Positions 51,400 through 60,752 of a stretch of DNA of 64,000 nucleotides are shown here, in pieces. The notes beneath the pieces are model-generated. The model did no database searches and was not told where the DNA came from. It saw only the letters and a program-made list of their open reading frames with translations. Made by a program: the position numbers and the translations under genes. How positions within the stretch are numbered: position 1 is the stretch's first letter; each line of letters begins with the position of its first letter. The DNA is from Isurus oxyrinchus (lineage: Eukaryota): NCBI GenBank assembly GCA_026770705.1, contig JANJGN010000016.1, positions 87,048,001-87,112,000 of the forward strand, given 5' to 3'.

Positions 51400-51631
51400 A
51401 GCTAGAGTCCATTATTAAGAAAGAAATAGCAGGACATTTAGACAAGCTTAAAGCAATCAAATAGAGACAACATGGTTTTGTGAAGGGAAATCAGGTTTGA
51501 CAAATTCGCTAGAGTTCTTTGAGGATGTAACAAGCAGATTTGATAAAGGGAAACCGGTAGATGTCGTGTATTTGGATTTCCAGGAGGCATTTGATTAGGT
51601 GTCACATAAAAGGTCATTGCACATGATAGGA
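51400..51631 (+). mobile_element. Decayed CR1 LINE reverse-transcriptase fragment
   Basis: LESIIKKEIAGHLDKLKAIK*RQHGFVKGKS/LTNSLEFFEDVTSRFDKGKPVDVVYLDFQEAFD*VSHKR contains the RT motifs QHGF and YLDFxKAFDxVxH, with stops. Confidence 0.9.
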
Positions 51632-53850
51632 GTAACACACCCACACACAGAGACACACACCTACAGGCAGTACTGGGTAACAGTCACACCCACACTCAGA
51701 GACACACACCTACAGACAGTACTGGGTAACACACCCACACTCAGAGACACACACCTACAGACAGTACTGGGTAACACACCCACACTCAGAGACACACACC
51801 TACAGACAGTACTGGGTAACACACCCACACTCAGAGACACACACCTACAGACAGTACTGGGTAACACACCCACACTCAGAGACACACACCTACTGACAGT
51901 ACTGGGTAACACACCCACACTCAGAGACACACACCTACAGACAGTACTGGGTAACACACCCACACTCAGAGACACACACCTACAGACAGTACTGGGTAAC
52001 ACACCCACACACAGAGACACACACCTACAGGCAGTACTGGGTAACACACCCACACACAGAGACACACACCTACAGACAGTTCTGGGTAACACACCCACAC
52101 ACAGAGACACACACCTACAGACATTACTGGGTAACACACCCACACTCAGAGACACACACCTACAGACAGTACTGGGTAACACACCCACACTCAGAGACAC
52201 ACACCTACAGACAGTACTGGGTAACACACCCACACACAGAGACACACACCTACAGACAGTACTGGGTAACACACCCACACTCAGAGACACACACCTACAG
52301 ACAGTACTGGGTAACACACCCACACACAGAGACACACACCTACAGGCAGTACTGGGTAACACACCCACACACAGAGACACACACCTACAGACAGTTCTGG
52401 GTAACACACCCACACACAGAGACACACACCTACAGACATTACTGGGTAACACACCCACACTCAGAGACACACACCTACAGACAGTACTGGGTAACACACC
52501 CACACTCAGAGACACACACCTACAGACAGTACTGGGTAACACACCCACACACAGAGACACACACCTACAGACAGTACTGGGTAACACACCCACACTCAGA
52601 GACACACACCTACAGACAGTACTGGGTAACACACCCACACTCAGAGACACACACCTACAGACAGTACTGGGTAACACACCCACACTCAGAGACACACATC
52701 GACAGGCAGTACTGGGTAACAGTCACACCCACACACAGAGACACACACCTACAGACAGTACTAGGTAGCACACCCACACTCAGAGACACACATCGACAGG
52801 CAGTACTGGGTAACAGTCACACCAACACTCAGAGACACACACCTACAGACAGTACTGGATAACACACCCACACTCAGAGACACACACCTACAGACAGTAC
52901 TGGGTAACACACCCACACACAGAGACACACACCTACAGACAGTACTGGGTAACACACCCACACTCAGAGACACACACCTACAGACAGTACTGGGTAACAC
53001 ACCCACACTCAGAGACACACACCTACAGACAGTACTGGGTAACACACCCACACTCAGAGATACACATCGACAGGCAGTACTGGGTAACAGTCACACCCAC
53101 ACTCAGAGACACACATCGACAGGTAGTACTGGGTAACAGTCACACCCACACACAGAGACACACACCTACAGACAGTACTAGGTAGCACACCCACACTCAG
53201 AGACACACATCGACAGGCAGTACTGGGTAACACACCCACACTCAGAGACACACATCGACAGGCAGTACTGGGTAACAGTCACACCCACACACAGAGACAC
53301 ACACCTACAGACAGTACTGGGTAACACACCCACACACAGAGACACACACCTATAGACAGTACTGGGTAACACACCCACACTCAGAGACACACACCTACAG
53401 ACAGTACTGGGTAACACACCCACACACAGAGACACACACCTACAGACATTACTGGGTAACACACCCACACACAGAGACACACACCTACAGACAGTACTAG
53501 GTAGCACACCCACACTCAGAGACACACATCGACAGGCAGTACTGGGTAACACACCCACACTCAGAGACACACATCGACAGGCAGTACTGGGTAACAGTCA
53601 CACCCACACACAGAGACACACACCTACAGACAGTACTGGGTAACACACCCACACACAGAGACACACACCTATAGACAGTACTGGGTAACACACCCACACT
53701 CAGAGACACACACCTACAGACAGTACTGGGTAACACACCCACACACAGAGACACACACCTATAGACAGTACTGGGTAACACACCCACACTCAGAGACACA
53801 CACCTACAGACAGTACTGGGTAACACACCCACACTCAGAGACACACACCT
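51632..53850. repeat. Highly homogeneous 45-bp minisatellite (~48-49 units; some 49-bp variants carry an agtc insertion)
   Basis: Unit acagacagtactgggtaacacacccacactcagagacacacacct translates as a 15-aa repeat, TPTLRDTHLQTVLGN. Most units contain a ScaI site (AGTACT). Confidence 0.97.
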
Positions 53851-54178
53851 AGCAGCGGTGGTCAGTGCCAATGCCCTGCAAAAGAGGACAGCAACCCAGT
53901 GCCACAAGAGGATGAATAATCTCCTCCGTTCCGCCAGGGTATGTTCCTCTTCTCATCACTCTCAACTCACACACTCACAAACCCATCACACACCCACAGG
54001 GCCCTCACTCACTGCCTGTTCAAGGGACATCACCATTCAGTCTCTCACACTCACCGTCATTGTCCTCATCCTGTCCATGGCACCACTCACCACCCACACA
54101 GACCTTATCATCTGACCTGGCAGGCATTCTGCTAACATTCTCTCTATCTCAATCCATGCAGGACCTACTGGTACACAA
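53851..54178 (+). mobile_element. Fragment of a Myb/SANT-like DNA-binding gene (PIF/Harbinger transposon ORF type) with a GT-AG intron
   Basis: AAVVSANALQKRTATQCHKRMNNLLRSAR fits the third helix of the Myb/SANT-like domain (RTxxQCxKxxxDL). Phase-0 donor agg|gtatgt at 53939; branch site ctaac at 54132; acceptor tgcag at 54161; next exon DLLVH. Confidence 0.62.
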
Positions 54179-55421
54179 GCCTCTGACATGTCTTCCTTCT
54201 TCCTTAACCAAGGTTTTCCACACACAGTGGTTGACAGGGCCCTCAACCGTGTCCGGCCCATCTCCTGCACATCCGCCCTCACGCCTTCTCCTCCCTCCCA
54301 GAAACATGATAGGGTCCCCCTTGTCCACACTTATCACCCCACATTCAAAGGATCATCCTCCGCCATTTCCGCCAACTCCAGCATGATGCCATCACCTAAC
54401 ACGTCTTCCCTTCACCCCCCCACCCCGGCGGCATTCCGTAGGGATCATTCCCTCCAGGACACCCTGGACCACTCCTCCATCACCCCCAACACCTCAATCC
54501 CCTCACACGGCACCTTCCCATGTAACCACAGAAGGTGCATCACCTGCCCCTTTACTTCCCCCCTCCTCACTGTCCAAGCGCCCAAACATTCCTTTCAAGT
54601 GAAGCAGCATTTCACTTGCACTTCCCTCAATTTAGTCTAATGCATTCTCTGCTCCCAATGCGGTTTCCTCTACATTGGAGAGACCAAACGCAGACTGGGT
54701 GACCGCTTTGCAGAAAACCTTCGGTCTGTCAGCAGACATGACCCAGACCTCCCTGTCGCTTGCCATTTCAACACACCACCCTGCTCTCATGTCCACATGT
54801 CCATCCTTGGCCTGCTGCAATGTTCCAGTGAAGCCCAACACAAACTGGAGGAACAGCACCTCATCTTCCGACCAGGCACTTTACAGCCTTTCGGACTGAA
54901 TATTGAGTTCAACAATTTCAGATCATGAACTCTCTCGTCCATCCCCACCCGCTTTCCTATCCCCCTTTTTCCAATAATTTATAATTTAAAAAAGTTTATA
55001 TTTTTCTTTTCCCACCTATTTTTAAATTTATTTCGATCTATTGTTTTATCTCCACCTTTGAGCCCATTTCCATCCCCTCCCCACACCCCACCCCCACTAG
55101 GGCCATCTGCCACTAGCTTGTCCTGCTTGCTACTCTTAATGTCCCCATTAGCACATTCCTTAGGTAATAACACCAACATCAACCCCCCTTTGTCCTTTTG
55201 TCTATGACATCTTTGGCAATCTCTTCTTTGCCTCCGCCTATCACTGGCCCCCTATCCAGCTCTACCTGTGCCCCCCACCCCCCTCTACCAGCTTATATTT
55301 CACCTCATTTCTCTATTTCGTTAGCTCTGATGAAGAGTCATGTGGACTTGAAACGTTAACTGTATTCCTCTCTGCAGATGCTGTCAGACCTGCTGAGTTT
55401 TTCCAGGTATTTATGTTTTTG
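54172..55421 (+). mobile_element. Second 5'-truncated, more decayed Penelope-like element (RT thumb/linker, GIY-YIG, 3' UTR)
   Basis: MSSFFLNQGFPHTVVDRALNRVRPIS...HDRVPLVHTYHPT...AFRRDHSLQDTL...CNHRRCITC...NLV*CILCSQCGFLYIGETKRRLGDRFAENL...GLNIEFNNFRS* (stop 54926-54928). Premature TAA at 54638-54640 and a ~10-bp deletion relative to copy 1. Confidence 0.9.
55323..55361 (+). ncRNA. Minimal type I hammerhead ribozyme motif (canonical core CUGAUGA) in the PLE 3' region
   Basis: CTGATGA 55327-55333; stem II gagtc/gactt; GAAA 55350-55353; palindromic AACGTT. Stem I agct/aact has one mismatch. Confidence 0.72.
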
Positions 55422-55756
55422 TCCCTTGTATCTTAACTGGCCTATAATTTCTATGCCTTCGTGACTCAGTTGCTCTCTCTTCGAAATTTGGCTGTGCACC
55501 TCCCCCTGCTGAATCTAATCTCAGGATCCCAACCCCCTGCCAAGTTATTTTAAACCCTCCCCATCAGCACTAGCAAAACCCCCGCAAGGATGTTGGACCC
55601 ATTTCGGTTCAGGTGCAACCCATCCACCTTGTTACAGGTCCCATCGCCCCCAGAAACCGTCCCAATGTCCCATAAATCTAAAACCCTCCCTCCTGCTCCA
55701 CCTTTCCATCCACACGTTCATCTGGACTAACCTCCTATTTCTATACTCACCAGCGC
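55422..55756 (-). mobile_element. CR1 LINE ORF1 C-terminus (SGNH esterase-like domain) and inter-ORF region, decayed
   Basis: Reverse translation AGEYRNRRLVQMNVWMERWSRREGFRFMGHWDGFWGRWDL/KVDGLHLNRNGSNILAG/FASADGEGLK* contains the DxxH (DGLH) motif of the CR1 ORF1 esterase. Confidence 0.83.
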
Positions 55757-58700
55757 TGTAGAGTGTCAAGTAAGTGGGCGAGGGTGTAGAGTGTCAAGTA
55801 AGTGGGTGAGTGGATAGAGTGTCAGGTAAGTGGGTGAGGGGGTGAAGTGTCAGGCAAGTGGGTGAAGGGGCAGAGTGTCAGGTAATTGGGCGAGGTGGTA
55901 GAGTGCCAGCTAAGTGGGCGAGGGGTTAGAGTGTCAGGTGGGTGGGGGAGGGGGTAAAATGTAAGGTGGGTGGGTGCGGGGGTAGTGTGTCAAGCAAGTG
56001 GGTGACGGTGTAGCAGGACAGGCAGGCAACTGGGTGGGGGGGTAGTATGTCCGGCAAGTGGGTGAGGGGGTAGATTGTCAGGAATGAAGGTGAGGGTGTA
56101 CTGTGTCAGGTAAGCTGCTGAGGGGGTAGAGTGTCAGGCAGGTGGGTGAGGTGGAAGAGTGACAGACAAGTTGGTGAGTAAGTAGGGTGGCAGGCAAGTG
56201 AGAGATGAGGTAGAGTGTCAGGCAATTGGTGAGGGGGCGGAGTGGCAGGTAAGTGGGTGAGGGGGTATATGTCAAGTACATTTATGAGGAAGTAGTGTGT
56301 CAGGAAAGTGGGCAAGGGGGTAGATTATCAGGTAAGTGGGTGAGGGGGAAGGGTGTCAGGCAATTGGGTGAGGGGGTATAATGTCAGGCAAGTGGATGAG
56401 GCAGTAGGGTGGCAGGCAAGTGGATGGGGGGTGTAGGGTGCCAGGCAAGTGGGAGAGGGGGCAGAGTGTCAGGACATTGGGTTAGGTTGTAGGGTGGCTG
56501 GCAAGTGGGTGAGGGGGTCGTGTGTCAGGCAAGTGTGTGAGGGGGTAGAGTGTCAGGTAAGTATGTGAGGGGTTATGTTGACAGGTAAGTTTGTGATGGG
56601 GTAGTGTAGCAGGCAAGTGGGTGAATGGATAGATTGTCAGGCAGATAGGTGAGGGGGTAGATTTTCAGGTAAGTGGGTGACGGGGTAGGGTGACAGGAAA
56701 GTGTGTGACGGGGTAATGTGTCTCGATAAGTATGCGAAGGTGTAGGGCGGCATGAATGTGGGTGAGGGGGTAGAGTGTTAAGTAAGTGGTGAGGGATTAG
56801 ACTGTCAGGCAAGTGAGCAAGGGGGTAGACTGTCAGGTGGGTGGGTGAGGGTGTACAATGTCAAGCAAGTGGGCAAGGGGGTAGAGAGTCAGGCAAGTGG
56901 GTAAGTGGGTAATGTTCAGGGAAGTGTGTGAAGGAGTAGCGTGTCAGGTTAGGGAGTGACGGGCTAGTGTGTCAGGTAAGTGGGTGAGGCGATAGGATGG
57001 CAGGCAAGTGGGTAAGGGGTTAAAGTTTCAGGAAAGTGGGTGAGGGTGTAGGGTGGGTGACAAGTGGTTGAGTGGGTAGGGTGTCAGGCAAGAGGGGGAG
57101 GGGTAGAGTGTCCGGCAAGTGGTGGAGGGGTTAGAGTTTCAGGTAAGTGGGTGAGGGGGTAGTGAGTTAGGTAAGTAGATGAGGGGGGAGGGTGTCAGGT
57201 AAGTGGGTGAGGGGGTAGTGAGTTAGGTAAGTAGATGAGGGGGGAGGTTGTCAGGTAAGTGGGTGAGGGGGGTAGTGAGTTAAGTAAGTGGATGGGGGGT
57301 GGGGGGGTGTCAGGTAAGTTAGCCAGGGGGTGGGGTGGCAGGCAAGTGGCTGAATAGGTAGAGTGTTAGGCAAGTTTTCGAGGGGGTAGATTGTCAGGCA
57401 AGTGGGTGAGGGGGTAGTGAGTTAGGTAAGTGGGTGAGGGGGTAGTGAGTTAGGTAAGTGGGTGAGGGGGGTAGTGTGTCAGGAAATTGGGTGAGTGGGT
57501 AAGGTGTCAGGTGAGTTAGCCAGGGGGTGGGGTGGCAGGCAAATGGCTGAGTAGGTGGAGTGTTAGGCAAGTGGGCGAGGGGGTAGATTGTCAGGCAAGT
57601 GGGTGAGGGGGTAAAGTGTAAGTTTAATGAGTGAGTTGTTAGTGTGTCAGGTAAGTGGTTGAAGTGGTAGAGTGTCAGGTAAGAGGATGAGGGGGTAGAG
57701 TATCAGGTATGTGGGTGAGGGGATAGAGTGTCAGGTAGGAGGGTGAGGGGTAGGGTGACAGGCCATTGGGTGACGGGGTAGATTGTCAGGCAAGTGGATG
57801 AGGCAGTAGAGTAGCAGGAAAGTGGATGAGGGGGTAGAGTGTCAGGTAAATGGGTGAGGGGATAGAGTGTCAGGTAAATGGGTGAGGGGTTAGAGTGTCT
57901 CGATATGTAGGCGAGGGGATAAGGGCAGCATGAATATGGGTGAGGAGGTAGATTGTCAGGTAAGTGGGTGAGGGGGTAGAGTGTCAGGTAAGTGGGTGAG
58001 GGGATAGAGTGTCAGGTAAGTGAGTGAGGGGATAGAGTGTCAGGTAAGTGGGTGAGGGGGTAGAGTGTCAGGTAAGTGAGTGAGGGGATAGAGTGTCAGG
58101 TAAGTGGGTGAGGGGGTAGAGTGTCAGGTAAGTGTGCGAGGGTGTAGAGTGTCAGGTAAGTGGGTGAGGGGTTAGGGTGTCAGGTAAGTGGGTGAGGGGT
58201 TAGGGTGTCAGGTAAGTGGGTGAGGGGTTAGGGTGTCAGGTAAGTGGGTGAGGGGTTAGGGTGTCAGGTAACTGGGTGAGGGGGATCAGTGTAAGGCATG
58301 TGGGTGAGGGGATAGAGTGTCAGATAGGTGGGTGAGGGGATAGCGTGTCTCGATATGTAGGCGAGGGGATAGGGGCAGCATGAATGTGGGTGAGGGGGTA
58401 GATTGACAGGTAAGTGGGTGAGGGGGTAGAGTGTCAGGTAGGTGGGTGAGGGGGTAGATTGTCAGGTAGGTGGGTGAGGGGGTAGAGTGTCAGGTAAGTG
58501 GTTGAGGTGTTAAGTGTCAGTCAATTGGGTGAGTGGGTAGAGTGCCAGGTGGTGATTGAGAGGGTAGAGAGTCAGATAGGTGGGTGAGGGGGTAGACTGT
58601 CAGGTAAATGGGTGAGGGGGTAGAGTGTCAGCTAAGTTGGTGAGGGGGTAGAATGTCAGACAAGTGGGTGTGGGTCTAAAGTGTCAGGTAGGTGAGTGAG

Positions 58701-60360
58701 GGGTTCGGGCATCAGGCAAGTGGGTGAGGGGGGTGGGTTTCAGACAAGTGTGTGAGGGCGTAGAGTGTCAGACAAGTGAGTGAGGTGGTAGAGTGTCAGG
58801 TAGGTGGGTGAGGAGGGTAGGGTAGAAAGCATTTGGGTAAGGGGTAGAGGGTCAGTCAAGTCTGCATGGGGTAGAGTGGCGGGTAAGTAGGTGAGGGGTT
58901 TTTTGTGGCAGGCAAGTGGGTGAGGGGATAAGGTATCAGATAAATGGGTGATGAGGTAGGATGGCAGGTAAATGGGTGAGGGGGTGGGGTGTCAGGTAAG
59001 TGGGCGAGGGTGTAGGGTGTCATGTAAGTGGGTGAGGGTGTAGGGTGTCAGGTAAGTGGGTGAGGGTGTAGGGAGTCAGGTAAGTGGGTGCGGGGGTATG
59101 GTGGCAGGTAAGTGGGCGAGGGTGTAGGGTGTCAGGTAAGTTGGTGAGGGGGTATGGTGGCAGGTAAGGTGAAGATGGGGTAGGGTGGTAGGCAAGTGGG
59201 TGAATGGGTAGAGTGTCAGGTAAGTGGGTGAGGGGGTGGGGTGTCAGGTAAGTGGGTGAATGGGTAGAGTGTCAGGTAAGTGGGCGAGGGGGTAGAGAGG
59301 CAGGTATTTGGGTGAGAGGGCAGAGTGGCAGTTAAGTTGGTGAGGGGGTAGATGTCAATTAAGTTTGTGAGGAAGCAGGTTGTCAAGCAAGTGGGTGAGG
59401 GGGTAGGGTGTCAGGCAAGAGGGAGAGGTGTTATATTGTCCGGTAATTGGGTGAGGTGTTAGGGTGGCAGGCCAATGCGCAAGAGGGTAGAGTGCCAGGT
59501 AATTGGGTGAGGCGAAAGTGTGGCAGGCAAGTGCGTGAGGGGTTAGAATGGCAGGCATGTGGGTGAGGGGGTAGGTTGGCAGGCAAGTGGGTGAGGGTTT
59601 AGGGTTGCAGGAAAGTGGTTGAGGGGGTAGAGTGTCAGGAAAGTGGGTGAGGTTGTAGGGTGGCTGGCAAGTGGTTGAGGGGGTCATGTGTTAGGTAAGT
59701 GGGTGAGGGGGCAGAGTGTCAGGTAAGTGGGTGAGGGGGTAGAGTGGCAGGTAAGTGGGTGAGGGGTTAGGGTGGCAGGCAAGTGGGTTGGGGGTATTGT
59801 GGCAGGCAAGTGGGGGCGGGGGTAGAGTGTCTCAATAAGTGGGCGAGGGTTTAGGGCGTCATGAATGTGGGTGAGGGAGTAAAGTGTCAGGTAAGTGGTT
59901 GAGGGGTTAAGTGTCAGGCAATTGGGCGAGTGGGTAGAGTGCCAGGTGGGTGGTTGAGGGGTAGAGTGTCAGGTATGTGGGTGAGGGCGTAGGGCGACAG
60001 GAAAATGGGTGAGGGATTAGAGTGTCAGTCAAGTGGGTGTGGGTCTAAAGTGCCAGGTAAGTGGGTGAGGGGGGAGGGTGTCAGGTAAGTGGTTAAGGTG
60101 GTAGAGTGTCAGGTAGGTGGGTGAAGGGGTAGAGTGTCAGGTAGGTGGGTGAAGGGGTAGAGTGTCGGGCAATTGGGCGAGGGGGCAGAGTGTCTGGCAA
60201 GTGGTAGATTGGGTAGAGTATCAGGTAAGTTGGTGAGGGGTTAGAGTTTCATTGTAAGTGGGTGACGAGGTAGAGTGTCAGGTATGTGGGTGAGCTGGTG
60301 CAGTGTCAAGTAAGTGGATGAGGGGTTAGTTGGTCAGGTACGTGGATGAGATGGTAGAGT
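55757..60360 (+). repeat. 28-bp G-rich tandem array (consensus GAGTGTCAGGTAAGTGGGTGAGGGGGTA), left part
   Basis: Period 28 is visible in the homogeneous block ~57950-58270 (taag at 57961, 57989, 58017); units are degenerate elsewhere. Confidence 0.95.
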
Positions 60361-60752
60361 AAAAACAGAATTACCTGGAAAAACTCAGCAGGTCTGGCAG
60401 CATCGGCGGAGAAGAAAAGAGTTGACGTTTCGAGTCCTCATGACCCGTCAACAGAACTGAGTGAATATTAGGAGAGGGGTAAAATATAAGCTGGTTTAAG
60501 CTGGTGGGGTGTGGCGGTGGGGGGAGAGAAGTGGGGGCGTTGTGGTTGTAGGGACAAGCAAGCAGTGATAGGAGCAGATAATTAAAAGATGTCACAGACA
60601 AAAGAACAAAGAGGTGTAGAAGGTGGTGATATTATCTAAATGAATGTGCTAATTAAGAATGGATGGCAGGACTCACAAGGTACAGCTCTAGTGGGGGTGG
60701 GGTGGAAAGGCTAATAGGGCATAAAAGATATAGATATAGAAGATATAAAAGT
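60361..60752 (-). mobile_element. Third Penelope-like element fragment (3' UTR only), same subfamily as the copy at 28127-29206
   Basis: The reverse complement matches the copy-1 3' end almost exactly (gggtcatgaggactcgaaacgtcaactcttttcttctccgccgatgctgccagacctgctgagtttttccaggtaattctgttttt). It is flanked by tggtagagt on both sides. Confidence 0.9.
60420..60458 (-). ncRNA. Minimal type I hammerhead ribozyme motif (variant core CUGUUGA)
   Basis: The minus strand reads agtt-CTGTTGA-c-gggtc-atgag-gactc-GAAA-cg-TC-aact. Confidence 0.72.

Noticed and set aside
2192-51460. Hundreds of long ORFs (up to 1054 aa), Pro/His/Thr-rich on the minus strand and Gly/Val/Trp-rich on the plus strand, resembling mucins or extensins
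   Set aside because: They are open in several overlapping frames because the C/A-rich minus strand rarely forms stop codons. Unit lengths vary by non-multiples of three, and there is no signal peptide, domain or splice structure.
51599-52768. 389-aa ORF of 15-aa repeats (and the antisense Cys/Val-rich ORFs)
   Set aside because: A consequence of a stop-free 45-bp unit. It begins in a dead CR1 fragment and is frameshifted by the 49-bp variants.
51632-53850. CRISPR-like regular repeat
   Set aside because: Head-to-tail units with no unique spacers, no cas genes, and a vertebrate context.
311-55450. RSS or kappa-deleting-element candidates (CACAGTG at 311, ~2072, ~54223; CACTGTG at ~812, ~2309; nonamer-like TGTTTTTGT in PLE tails; CACAGAG in the 45-mer)
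   Set aside because: I found no heptamer paired with a nonamer at 12- or 23-bp spacing, and no V or J segment is recognisable in the window.
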